Origin: Candidatus Woesearchaeota archaeon
Lineage (GTDB): Archaea > Nanobdellota > Nanobdellia > Pacearchaeales > GW2011-AR1
NCBI GenBank assembly: GCA_964578345.1
Contig: CAZOCP010000003.1
Coordinates: 1,136 to 65,135, forward strand
DNA length: 64,000 nt
Direction: 5' to 3'
A program made the position numbers and the translations under genes. Within the stretch, counting starts at the first letter, position 1. Each line of letters opens with the position of its first letter. A model generated the notes under the pieces. It was not told where the DNA came from. It was given only the letters and a program-made list of their open reading frames with translations, and did not search any database. Positions 38,508 through 47,911 of this stretch are shown here, in pieces.

Positions 38508-38647
38508 TTGATAATTGTGCGGGAAGAATTCACTTTGTACTCGTCAGAGTCAAAAGTTCCCAAGGAGCTTGCTCTGCGTGGACCGCACGGCGCATGACTA
38601 AGGCGCATAGCTCAGAGCTTGGTTTGTATGAATCGCGCAGCGTATCT

Positions 38648-38771
38648 GTCACAAAACCCTTCGGGTTTAACCCCGCACTAAAGTATGGGGTTTGTTCGTG
38701 GTTTTGTGACCGCCGGAGAAATCCTCACAAACAACCTCGGACTAAAGTCCGAGGATTTCTACGAGCGTTAA
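38648..38771 (+). ncRNA. Candidate structured RNA/element, copy 2 of the ~125-nt UUCG-hairpin element. The ORF 38594..38800 is judged spurious
   Basis: Near-identical to 4296-4420. Copy-2-specific cctcggac-taaa-gtccgagg perfect hairpin. Confidence 0.4.
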
Positions 38772-38835
38772 AGAATAGAAACAATTACAATAGAATTTAA
38801 ATATACAACTCCCCTGATAAAAAAATGAGATTTAG

Positions 38836-39684
38836 TTGTTAAAAATAACACTGAGTATTCTAATCTCTTATATATTAAAAATAAAAATGAATTCATTAAT
38901 AAATTCTCTAAAAGACAACCATCTTTATCAACTAATAATCAATAGAGGCATACAGATTGTGAAAAATGATATTCACAAAAGAGAGCTGAATCTCATTGGA
39001 GTCGAAGATGCAAGCTATCAAGATGCTATTGAAAAAGATCTTGAGTATATCTATCAGATATTTCATGAATGTGAAGGATGGGCTCTCTCTGGAGGACTGT
39101 CCATATATCTAACAATAGGAAAAATTCAAAGAAAACATAACGCCCACCATATTGGAGTCCAAAGTGAAAGATTATTAAATTTATTATCAAAAGCAAACAG
39201 ATCCAATTATTTCATATTTTCTAGGATATGGAATGCACATATATCAGAAACAAAAAAACTAGATTATTATCTTCCTTTAAATTATGAACAAATAGAAAAC
39301 ATCTGTTCTAGTTTAGAAAATAATGAATCAGAACTTGGCAGAATGAAAAAAAATTGGCGGCTGATAAAAATTGAAGACAGAAGAGGTATAATTCAAGCTC
39401 ATAAAGAAAGAATAGATTATTTTGATATTTATATTCACGATGTAAGAGACAGCCTTCTATTCTCTAATGATGACTGCGTGAGAAACTGTCCAGAGTATTA
39501 TTGCGGAGCAAATTATCAAACGAAAGGAGGAATAATTAATCTGGTGAATATCAGCTATCTCGAAGATTTAAAAAGAGATCTTTGTAAAAAACGCAAAGAC
39601 GAACGCCATATTTTTGATTTAGAGCGAATCATAGAATACAAAGAAAAATTATCAAAACAGTTTAAAAACCTAGAAAACTCATAA
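38836..39684 (+). CDS. Hypothetical protein with weak resemblance to 2''-aminoglycoside-type nucleotidyltransferase fold (possibly inactive)
   Basis: GWALSGGLSIYLTIGKIQRKHNAHHIGV resembles W-L-GG...G...R-H-D-D of the ANT(2'') family, but Asp residues are replaced by His. Confidence 0.25.
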   Translation: MLKITLSILISYILKIKMNSLINSLKDNHLYQLIINRGIQIVKNDIHKRELNLIGVEDASYQDAIEKDLEYIYQIFHECEGWALSGGLSIYLTIGKIQRKHNAHHIGVQSERLLNLLSKANRSNYFIFSRIWNAHISETKKLDYYLPLNYEQIENICSSLENNESELGRMKKNWRLIKIEDRRGIIQAHKERIDYFDIYIHDVRDSLLFSNDDCVRNCPEYYCGANYQTKGGIINLVNISYLEDLKRDLCKKRKDERHIFDLERIIEYKEKLSKQFKNLENS

Positions 39685-39689
39685 ATTAA

Positions 39690-40265
39690 ATGAGTATAAA
39701 GGAAAATTTAATAAAATTTTGGAGATTTCTGAAAGAAGATACTTGGCAATCATGGATTGTCTCGTTAGTTCTAGCAATTATAGTTATCAAATTTATCTTA
39801 TTCCCCCTTCTATCATTGATTACCGGCTCGTCGTTTCCTTTAGTTGTAGTTCAGTCATGCTCAATGTATCATGAGTCTTCATTTGATAAATGGTGGGAGG
39901 AAAATGGACAATGGTATGAGTCAAGAAATATTGCAAAAGAAGAATTCAAAACATTTTCGTTTAAACGCGGCCTTAATAAAGGAGATATAATAATCGTAAC
40001 TGGATATTTAAAATATAATAAAGGAGACATAATAATATTTAATGCAGGCACCCAATATCCTATTATACACAGAATAGTAACAATTAATCCTACTTCCACA
40101 AAGGGAGATAATAATCAGGGCCAATTCTCAAACGGTCTTGAAAGCGATATAGAAGATGATAAGATTTTAGGAAAATCATTTATAAAAATACCTCTTATCG
40201 GATGGATCAAGCTGATATTCTATGAGCCATTTAGAAACCCAAAAGAGAGAGGACTATGTAAATAG
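39690..40265 (+). CDS. Signal peptidase I, archaeal/eukaryotic Sec11 (S26B) type
   Basis: N-terminal TM, VVVQSCSM (SGSM-type Ser box), GDIIIFNAGTQYPIIHRIV (His box), GDNN box. Confidence 0.85.
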   Translation: MSIKENLIKFWRFLKEDTWQSWIVSLVLAIIVIKFILFPLLSLITGSSFPLVVVQSCSMYHESSFDKWWEENGQWYESRNIAKEEFKTFSFKRGLNKGDIIIVTGYLKYNKGDIIIFNAGTQYPIIHRIVTINPTSTKGDNNQGQFSNGLESDIEDDKILGKSFIKIPLIGWIKLIFYEPFRNPKERGLCK

Positions 40266-40304
40266 CAACCAAAGCGTTAAAAACCCTTTGTTACATAAGA
40301 TACA

Positions 40305-40613
40305 ATGGAATTCTGCGAAAAGTGCGGGAGAATAATTGCAATATCAAAAGGAAAAGCTGCCTGTGTAGGCTGCGGCTATAAACCAAAAAAGAAATTTAAG
40401 ATAGAAGTTGGCGAGAAAATGACAAATAAAGAAACAGTTGCTGTAATAAATGAAAAATCTGAAAACGTGTACCCTATAACTCAAATAGACTGCCCGAAAT
40501 GCAAGAACAAAAATGCTTATTTTTGGACAACTCAAACCCGATCCAGTGATGAAGCAGAAACAAGCTTCTACAAATGCACCAAGTGCAACTATAGCTGGAG
40601 AAAGTATAGGTAA
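40305..40613 (+). CDS. tfs: Transcription factor S / RNA polymerase subunit M (TFIIS-type Zn ribbon)
   Basis: N-terminal C-x2-C...C-x2-C. C-terminal CPKCKNKNAYFWTTQTRSSDEAETSFYKCTKCNYSW with the acidic SDE hairpin. Confidence 0.85.
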   Translation: MEFCEKCGRIIAISKGKAACVGCGYKPKKKFKIEVGEKMTNKETVAVINEKSENVYPITQIDCPKCKNKNAYFWTTQTRSSDEAETSFYKCTKCNYSWRKYR

Positions 40614-40671
40614 ATATTTTAAATTTAGCTGCCCAGATACCTATTTAAACAATTCTTCTTTTTACTCATAA

Positions 40672-40796
40672 GGCCTCGTAGCTCAGCCCGGTTAGAGTAC
40701 TTGGCTCTTACAAATAGAAAGTTTCTAGGAGCACTAGAAAACTGATTGAAGTTTGTAGAAACCAAGGTGTCGGGGGTTCAAATCCCCTCGAGGCCA
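40672..40796 (+). tRNA. tRNA-Lys (anticodon CUU) with ~50-nt intron at 37/38
   Basis: GGCCTCG TA GCTC AGCCCGGTTA GAGT A CTTGG CTCTTA[intron 40711-40760]A CCAAG GTGTC GGGGG TTCAAAT CCCCT CGAGGCC A. Confidence 0.75.
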
Positions 40797-40816
40797 TTAA
40801 ATAAAGAGCAATAAAA

Positions 40817-41428
40817 ATGAACAAAGGAATCTATTTTCTAAATATCTTTAAAAAAGCAGAAAAGACATATGAAAAAAATACGAAAAGACTTGCAGGAGAA
40901 GGCTGGGCAGAGCATTGGCAGACGCTTATAGCAACAATTATGTCCGCACAAAGTAGAGATGAAACAACAATTCCAGTCGCAGAAAAATTATTTGCAGAGT
41001 ATAATAAATTAGAAATTTTGTCTAATGCTGAATATAAAAAAATTTTGAAAATATTTAAAAGTTTAAATTATAATAAAACAAAAGCTAAGAATGTTATATC
41101 TGCAGCAAAATTCTTGATTAAACACTATAACGGTAAGGTTCCAGACTCCATGGAAGAATTAATTAAAATTCCCGGCGTCGGAAGAAAAACAGCAAATCTC
41201 GTGCTGAGCGAATGCCACTCAAAAGACAGCATCACAGTAGACACTCACGTCCATAGAATTAGCAATGTATTAAACATAGTAAAAACAAAAACTCCTGAAA
41301 AAACCGAATTAGAGCTCCAGAAAATCGTCCCTAAAAGATACTGGTCTCGTATAAACAGAATCTTCGTCTTATGGGGCAAGGACGCCCCAGGTAAAAATAA
41401 AAAAAGGCTTTTGGAAAAGATCAGTTGA
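40817..41428 (+). CDS. nth: HhH-GPD DNA glycosylase (endonuclease III-like, no Fe-S cluster Cys motif)
   Basis: Catalytic-Lys region LIKIPGVGRKTANLVL, Asp in VDTHVHRI. C-terminus lacks C-x6-C-x2-C-x5-C. Confidence 0.7.
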   Translation: MNKGIYFLNIFKKAEKTYEKNTKRLAGEGWAEHWQTLIATIMSAQSRDETTIPVAEKLFAEYNKLEILSNAEYKKILKIFKSLNYNKTKAKNVISAAKFLIKHYNGKVPDSMEELIKIPGVGRKTANLVLSECHSKDSITVDTHVHRISNVLNIVKTKTPEKTELELQKIVPKRYWSRINRIFVLWGKDAPGKNKKRLLEKIS

Positions 41429-41535
41429 AAAACAAACATCACCTATTCTAGCTTATACAAAAACATGAGCTATAGAATAAACGTCTGGAATTTTGGAATT
41501 ATTGCTGTGTAAACGAGTTAAAAAAGCATATCAAA

Positions 41536-41597
41536 AAGTCCTTGCGTTTACCACATCTTAAAAGGTGTGGTTTTCGTCAAGCATCTTGACATAATAA
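41536..41597. repeat. Family-2 hairpin-module repeat, short unit
   Basis: ccacatc-ttaaaa-ggtgtgg then gtcaagcatcttgacataataaa terminal motif. Confidence 0.6.
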
Positions 41598-41671
41598 AGC
41601 AGTTTTTATACAACAAACCAATATGAATATTGAAGAGATATGACTACATGAAAAAAAGCAATAGATTATTT

Positions 41672-42628
41672 CTAGTCTTTAAAATAATCATAGTTTAAGA
41701 AATACAATGTTTCTACCAACTCATTAAGTTCAACAAGAATAGAGTAGGTACTGTAAGAAATAATGCCCCTAACTTCGTGCTTCTTAATTTTTTCTTCATT
41801 ATCTTTTCTTAAACTATCCAGCTCATTTGTTAAAGACACAAACTTCTTTATATCAAATTTTCTATAAACGGAAATAAGCTCTTTTGTCAGATTTACAGAT
41901 TTTTCTAGAGATTTGAGAGTGTATTTATCAATTCTTTCTTTGTTCTTGGTAAAGTGAAGAGAAATCTCGAAAAACTTGTCTCCTAAAGATTCAAGTTTAA
42001 GAATCAAGTCATAATAAACCATAGTTTTCTTATCCGATTCAAAGCTAAATGAGGAAAGAATTCTAGTGCAGAAATCTGTTGTTTGAGTTATCAGCCTTTC
42101 TGTCAAAAGTGCTTCATCAAAGGAATCTTTATTTTGTGATAAGGATTCATAGACTTGTTCTGCTTGATGAATCAGATGCAAGCAAAGTTTGTTTAAGACA
42201 TTTGTAAACTCACCTGGATTGACTTTTGCGCTTTCCACTGAAAGAGCATAATTTTTTCCATCGTGCTTTCCTATTTCCCAAAATTGCATTCCTGTGAGGT
42301 GGTCAAATGTGTTTTTTATCATATCAATTTCTTTTACTAATCTTCCTCGCCTTTCAACCGTCTTATTTGGAGTGTAATAAGCTTTTATCTTCTTATAACC
42401 CATCTTATAAAGAATACCAATAACTTTAGTAGAAACAGGATGAAGAGAAGAAACATCAAGGCTTGCAGATTCTTCTTCAATTGTGTGCTTAGTAGAAATT
42501 CTGAGTGCATTCCCTTTTTGTTCAACATCTAATTCTTGGCCTTTTTCTAATCTGAATTTTTTTACCCAATCCATTGGGAGGGATATTGCCAATGTTACAG
42601 GTCCTGCCTGAAGTATCTTTCTATTCAT
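41672..42628 (-). CDS. AbrB/SpoVT-domain protein with helical C-terminal region (archaeal PhoU-like regulator possible)
   Basis: N-terminal AbrB-type swapped-hairpin motif LQAGPVTLAISLPMDWVKKFRLEKGQELDVEQKGNALRI. Confidence 0.4.
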   Translation of the reverse strand: MNRKILQAGPVTLAISLPMDWVKKFRLEKGQELDVEQKGNALRISTKHTIEEESASLDVSSLHPVSTKVIGILYKMGYKKIKAYYTPNKTVERRGRLVKEIDMIKNTFDHLTGMQFWEIGKHDGKNYALSVESAKVNPGEFTNVLNKLCLHLIHQAEQVYESLSQNKDSFDEALLTERLITQTTDFCTRILSSFSFESDKKTMVYYDLILKLESLGDKFFEISLHFTKNKERIDKYTLKSLEKSVNLTKELISVYRKFDIKKFVSLTNELDSLRKDNEEKIKKHEVRGIISYSTYSILVELNELVETLYFLNYDYFKD

Positions 42629-42722
42629 TTTTAAGAGAGCATAGATATGTACTTGAATTTATAATTATTAATACTTATTATACTTTAAATATATTTATAT
42701 TGCCAAGAGTAATACTAAATCC

Positions 42723-43157
42723 ATGAATAATGAACAAACAACTGACCTACCTAGCCCTCAAAGAAAAGATTTGTATGATGAGCTAAAGCAAATTAAAGTA
42801 TATTATGATAAAGGCGAAGACGACCCTCAGCTAGATATCCGTTATAGAAACGGACCACTAGAAATTGAAGCTGAAAAAGTATTTAGTGCAGAACAATTGG
42901 TTTATGTTTCGCGCAAACTAATACCTTTAGATAAGCCTATAAAATTTTATGTAAGGAGAATTAGTTTTGGAAGTTGTGCTAGTCTTGAGATTTCTTTATT
43001 GCTAGAGAGAAGAGGCAGAAGAATATTTCGAGAGCTTTATTTTAGTAAGGGAGGATTCGATCCTAAAACAGTTAAGTTCCACTGGAAGATTGAACCAAAT
43101 CTAAAACTGACTTTGGATGAGTGGTATGAAAACTGGCTGCATGATACTTGGAGATAA
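42723..43157 (+). CDS. Hypothetical protein
   Basis: 144-aa ORF with sound codon usage and no recognisable motif. Confidence 0.35.
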   Translation: MNNEQTTDLPSPQRKDLYDELKQIKVYYDKGEDDPQLDIRYRNGPLEIEAEKVFSAEQLVYVSRKLIPLDKPIKFYVRRISFGSCASLEISLLLERRGRRIFRELYFSKGGFDPKTVKFHWKIEPNLKLTLDEWYENWLHDTWR

Positions 43158-43355
43158 AAAAGTTAAAAATGAACAACCAACCCTAAAGGGCGAGGTATCA
43201 ATTAAAGAAAAAATGTTATCACAAACAAACCCGGAATTGAGAAAGAACCAGACAGAGATTGCTATTAATAATTCTTTTACCACTCAAAGATTAAATATTG
43301 GAGATGGCAATTCCTCTCTCTGCTTCAAAGCAGAGGTATCCTTGCCATACATGTA

Positions 43356-44423
43356 ATGAAAAAAACAAAAATATCTGTTGGAGGAAATAGAATAGATGTT
43401 GACCAAGGATTTTTAGATGGTTTAGAGTATATGGGAACTCTAACAGATTTATACCGCCCAGATATAAATGAGCATATTCCAAAAGATCTTCAAAAGCCTT
43501 TGTATTTTCTTTTTGATCGTGCAAAAGCTAGAATGAAATTAGCAGGGAGAGACAGAGACTTGCCAGAAAGATTAAAAACAATAAAAGGTTTGGAAGACTT
43601 TGTTGATTTTGTTTCTGATACAGATGAAAAACATACCATAGCAGTTGTTGATTATGCTTCAAAGATTACGACTGGAGAATTGAACAAAATTGACCCAGAT
43701 GCTCCTCCTGATTTTTCTCTTAGAATGCCTTTTTCAGGACTTGGTGGTTATCTAGATTATGATAGAAAAAAGCTTCTTAGTGCTGCTATATGTCACGATT
43801 GCGCCTATCCAATTACAGCAGGAACTCAATTTAGAGATAAAGAAATCCGCAAGTTGCATCAGCAAGAGGCTGCAGAAGAATTCAAGAAATTGGCAGAAGC
43901 AATAAACAAAAGATTTGATTTTCTTGGAAGAAGAGTATATCGCTCTGATCTAATATTTAAGAATAAACTTCCACCTTTTTATTCGCAAGATGAGACAGAT
44001 GGAACAGTCTATATAATTTCTCTCCATGATAGCCCCCCTTTCAGCCCTTTAGATAAACATATAGAACTCCTTTTAAGCCACAGAGAAGCAGATAGATTGT
44101 GGATGTTGGACAGAGCAGGCTTTGCCCTGGATATATTAAGAAAATTAATTAAAAGTAATGAAGGAGAGTACTGTCCTTTAGAAATGCTTGCTCATAATGT
44201 CGCAAGGCATATTGAAGAAGCAAGAGCATATTCAGAAGAAAACAGAAAAGTGATAAGATTTAGATATTATGAAAATTACCCAACTCTTTATGCGACTAAT
44301 AAAGGATTTGAAATATTTAAAGAATTAATAGAAAAAAGAATGCAAGAGTATAACCTTTCTAGAGATGATTTTTTTAAAAAATTGCAAAAGAGACTTGAAA
44401 GGGGAGAGGGAAAAATAAAATGA
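43356..44423 (+). CDS. Hypothetical protein
   Basis: 355-aa ORF with no recognisable catalytic motif. Region ends in a transposase remnant. Confidence 0.4.
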   Translation: MKKTKISVGGNRIDVDQGFLDGLEYMGTLTDLYRPDINEHIPKDLQKPLYFLFDRAKARMKLAGRDRDLPERLKTIKGLEDFVDFVSDTDEKHTIAVVDYASKITTGELNKIDPDAPPDFSLRMPFSGLGGYLDYDRKKLLSAAICHDCAYPITAGTQFRDKEIRKLHQQEAAEEFKKLAEAINKRFDFLGRRVYRSDLIFKNKLPPFYSQDETDGTVYIISLHDSPPFSPLDKHIELLLSHREADRLWMLDRAGFALDILRKLIKSNEGEYCPLEMLAHNVARHIEEARAYSEENRKVIRFRYYENYPTLYATNKGFEIFKELIEKRMQEYNLSRDDFFKKLQKRLERGEGKIK

Positions 44424-44699
44424 ATGAAAAACAAAATCTTGATAAGTTAATTCAGGTATATCTTTTGATGGATAACAGCGACTCTTCGGGTATTAATCTC
44501 AATCAAGGTTTTAAAGCAAGCGCAGAACAAGCAGGACATATAGAGGCAAAAAAAGTTTTTACTTCAGAAGCATTCAGACTTTTAAAGCCTTTTCTTAATA
44601 AAGGATCTGGTATTACAGCGAATAGAAATATAATAGATTACAGGTTAGTGTTAGTATATAAACCCTCTGTTGAGGAGTATATGGAAGAAATTAGTTCAC

Positions 44700-44906
44700 A
44701 TGTTTATTATAAAGAACAAGAGAAGAAATGGAGAAAAAGTTGGTATAGAGATTCTCAATTTCATGAAGGTGTTCCATAGAAAAGCATTCAAAACAAAAGA
44801 AGAATTTTTAGTTTGGTACAATGAAGTTCGCCCACATAGAAGTTTAAATTTTGAAATGCTTGAGACTCCAAAGCAAGCATTTATAAGAAAAAGGAGAAAA
44901 GAATAA
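44700..44906 (+). pseudogene. C-terminal remnant of a DDE (rve-type) transposase
   Basis: ...FHRKAFKTKEEFLVWYNEVRPHRSLNFEMLETPKQAF is the characteristic integrase-core C-terminal tail (YN-RPH-SL-TP). No DDE domain upstream. Out of frame with ORF 44420..44779. Confidence 0.55.
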
Positions 44907-45184
44907 ATATGGCAAAGAGGATTAATTTATCGATAGGAAATATTAATCGGATAGCACAACAGCTCGCAAAAACATCATATTTTTATACCCTTGTCTCTAT
45001 ACAAAAGCATGGCAGAAAATAAAATATCTCTTCCAGGTGCATTTGGGGGCTTAATGCGTTATGATGAAGCATATGAAAGCAGATTTATGATTAATCCATC
45101 AACTGTAGTCGGATTTGTTATAGTAATCATATTATTTATCATAATGCTCAATTTATTCAGGCCTATTTCAGGATAAACTTCTTT

Positions 45185-46171
45185 ATGGATAAAGAAAAAA
45201 TTGCGAGAAAAAATCTACTTAGGAATAATAAACTAATAAAAGGAACTGCAATAAAAGGATATGATTTTAATAAGGGAGTTGATTATAAAAAAATTATAGA
45301 AAGTCTGAAAACAACAGGATTTCAGGCGGCTCATTTTTCTCAGGCAATCCAAATTGTTAACGAAATGATCAAAGAGAAAGCATTCATCTTTTTAGGATAT
45401 ACCTCGAATATGGTCTCTTCTGGATTAAGAGATATCTTTAGATATATTATCGAACATGAAAAAGTTAATGTTGTCGTTACAACAGCCGGAGGAATTGAAG
45501 AAGACATAATTAAATGTTTAGGAAAATTTGTAATTGGAGATTTTAAAGCTTCTGGAAAAGAATTGAGAAAAAAAGGCATTAATAGAATAGGAAATATTTT
45601 TGCGCCGAATTCTCTTTATGTAAAATTCGAGCAGTTTGTACAGCCGTTACTAAAGGATTTATATGAAGAGCAAAAAAAAACAGGAGTATTCATCAGCTCA
45701 TCAGACATAATCTGGAAACTAGGAGAAAAAATAAACAATCCAGAAAGTATATGCTACTGGGCATGGAAAAATAAAATCCCTATTTATTGCCCATGCATAA
45801 CAGACGGAGCACTTGGAGATAATATCTATTTCTTCAGCTTCAAACATCAAGATTTTATAATAGATATTGTTAAAGACACCAAACAATTAAACGATTCGAC
45901 AATTGGCCTGAAAAAATCTGGAATAATAATACTTGGAGCCGGTCTTGTCAAACATACTATACTAAATGCAAATATGCTCAGAAACGGTGCAGACTACGCA
46001 GTTTATATAAACACCGCGCAGGAATATGACGGCTCGGATGCTGGAGCGTCTCCAGACGAAGCAATCTCCTGGGGGAAAATTCTACCTAAAGCAAAATCAG
46101 TAAAAGTCTTTGGAGATGCCACTATTCTTTTTCCTTTTCTTGTTGCAGAGAGTTTTGCTAAAAATAATTGA
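45185..46171 (+). CDS. dys: Deoxyhypusine synthase
   Basis: Collinear with archaeal DHS (FLGYTSNMVSSGLRDI, VVVTTAGGIEEDIIKCLG, NAD-binding Gly-rich segments). Confidence 0.85.
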   Translation: MDKEKIARKNLLRNNKLIKGTAIKGYDFNKGVDYKKIIESLKTTGFQAAHFSQAIQIVNEMIKEKAFIFLGYTSNMVSSGLRDIFRYIIEHEKVNVVVTTAGGIEEDIIKCLGKFVIGDFKASGKELRKKGINRIGNIFAPNSLYVKFEQFVQPLLKDLYEEQKKTGVFISSSDIIWKLGEKINNPESICYWAWKNKIPIYCPCITDGALGDNIYFFSFKHQDFIIDIVKDTKQLNDSTIGLKKSGIIILGAGLVKHTILNANMLRNGADYAVYINTAQEYDGSDAGASPDEAISWGKILPKAKSVKVFGDATILFPFLVAESFAKNN

Positions 46172-46304
46172 CAGCACACTTTAGCGTGAGCTGTAAAGTT
46201 AGCGTCAGGTATTAGACCTGTTCTTTCCACCATTTGTTTTAATTATAAAGCAGATACAGAACCGATAAATATATAAATAAAATAAAAATAAATAAAATAA
46301 TAAA

Positions 46305-47309
46305 ATGACCTCAAAAGTAGCTGAAGGAAAAGCAGAAGAAGTTAATTGGGATGCTCAATATCAGCAAAATCCTGAATTTATGAGATTTATGATTCCGTAT
46401 ATGTTGGACTATGCTGAAGAATCTATCAAAAAAGTTACTTTTGAAGAAAGAGATTTAAGGGCAGTAATTGGTTTATCTGGAGGACTAGATTCGTGCGTTT
46501 CTGCTTGGTTAGTTGCCAATGCAATGTCCAGAGGAATAAAAAGAGGGAGTTCAGATAAAAGTAGATTAGTTTTAATGACTTTTAATGGAATGAGCCAAGA
46601 AGATTTGGAATATGGGAGAAGATTTGGAAAAGATTTGGAAAGAAATTTTAGAGAAATTGAAGTAATATATGTTGAGAGGGATATAAGACCTTTAATGCAT
46701 GCTGTTCACGAGTTTACTGATGATGTGGTACATGTCACAGGAGGAAATAAAATTTATCCAGGAGAATTATCTACTAGATTAATAGATTTAGCAACGTTAG
46801 AATACGCAGATAAAACCGGTCATTGTGGAATAGACTCCACGAATGGAAGCGAGATAGTTTTAGGAGAGATTGTACTTGGTGCAGGGCTAGAATATTCTCC
46901 CATAAGCGATTTGTATAAAAGTCAAGTCTTTGATTTAGGAGAATTATTAGAAACACCCCAATATGTTTTGGATAGAAATCCTATAAACTCAACTTTTGGG
47001 ACAGATAAAATTAGAAGTTATTTTGGAGAAATTCCTGAAGGATTTAATGCAAGAGATGTTTATGCAGTTTTGGACCCTCTCTTATTCTATATATTAGATA
47101 AAAAAATGAAGCCAAGAGGAATAGCACGAAAGTTAGGGCATCCTCAAGAATTTGTCGAGAGAGTTTATCAAAGAGTCAGAAATCAAGACCATCGGCGAAA
47201 ACATCCTTATTTTGCCTTGAATGATAGAAGAGTGAGTTTAGCAAGAACGATTAGTGATAAATCTAATGAAGATTTTAAGCAATATCTTGAAGGTTGTTTT
47301 ATTAAGTAA
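46305..47309 (+). CDS. nadE: PP-loop ATP pyrophosphatase, likely NH3-dependent NAD+ synthetase
   Basis: SGGLDS PP-loop in VIGLSGGLDSCVSAWLVANAM. Longer than typical NadE at 334 aa. Confidence 0.5.
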   Translation: MTSKVAEGKAEEVNWDAQYQQNPEFMRFMIPYMLDYAEESIKKVTFEERDLRAVIGLSGGLDSCVSAWLVANAMSRGIKRGSSDKSRLVLMTFNGMSQEDLEYGRRFGKDLERNFREIEVIYVERDIRPLMHAVHEFTDDVVHVTGGNKIYPGELSTRLIDLATLEYADKTGHCGIDSTNGSEIVLGEIVLGAGLEYSPISDLYKSQVFDLGELLETPQYVLDRNPINSTFGTDKIRSYFGEIPEGFNARDVYAVLDPLLFYILDKKMKPRGIARKLGHPQEFVERVYQRVRNQDHRRKHPYFALNDRRVSLARTISDKSNEDFKQYLEGCFIK

Positions 47310-47352
47310 GTAATGCGATACACTTTTAAACAATAGCTCATTAATTAGTGTT

Positions 47353-47892
47353 ATGGGTATAAAAATTGAGAAACAAAGAAGTTGTGAGAGTTGTTTATCC
47401 GTTTGTTTAATGAGCCTCTTAGATTCTCAAAAAGGAATAATATTAGATGAAAAAGAAGAGTTTAATATACTTTTTGAGGGATTAAAATTTACACGCTTAG
47501 ATTTTTCAACAGGTCATTTAGTGTATTTAGCTAAAAAACTTCCGGAATTAACTTTTGAACAATATATAGATTTTGATGTTTTTTATGAAATCCTAAAAAA
47601 ACTAGATATTCCTAAGAATCTTAAATTGTGTTCTAAAAAAATAAATTTGAAATTCTTAAAAGAGATGACTAAAGAAAACCCCGCAATTATTTATATAGAT
47701 ATGTTTACCTTAGAGGGAATATATCATTATTCTCATTTTGTAATTTTAAAAGAAATTAATGATGAAAAGGCCACCATCTTTGATCCTTGGTCGGGAGAGA
47801 AAATTGAAATGAAAACGAAAATTTTAATGAAATCAGTTAGCTATGTTAGAAATATGTTGAAGATTAGCCCTAAGTTGATAAGGATAAAATAA
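47353..47892 (+). CDS. Peptidase C39-like (papain-fold) cysteine peptidase domain protein
   Basis: QRSCESCLSVCLMSLL (Gln/Cys) and HYSHFVIL (His) arranged as in C39 bacteriocin-processing peptidase domains. Confidence 0.4.
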   Translation: MGIKIEKQRSCESCLSVCLMSLLDSQKGIILDEKEEFNILFEGLKFTRLDFSTGHLVYLAKKLPELTFEQYIDFDVFYEILKKLDIPKNLKLCSKKINLKFLKEMTKENPAIIYIDMFTLEGIYHYSHFVILKEINDEKATIFDPWSGEKIEMKTKILMKSVSYVRNMLKISPKLIRIK

Positions 47893-47911
47893 TAAGATTT
47901 TAGCTTTAAAT

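Noticed and set aside
38583-38622. Split or permuted tRNA formed by the duplicated tRNA-Gly 3' end and the adjacent ggcgcatagctcag segment
   Set aside because: The fragments do not provide a complementary acceptor pair, a T-loop or an anticodon arm. They are retained only as a possible att-site remnant.
44420-44779. ORF 44420..44779 as a real gene
   Set aside because: It overlaps the transposase-tail remnant in another frame and lies in a degraded-element region. Could be a decayed upstream part of the same transposase but cannot be supported.
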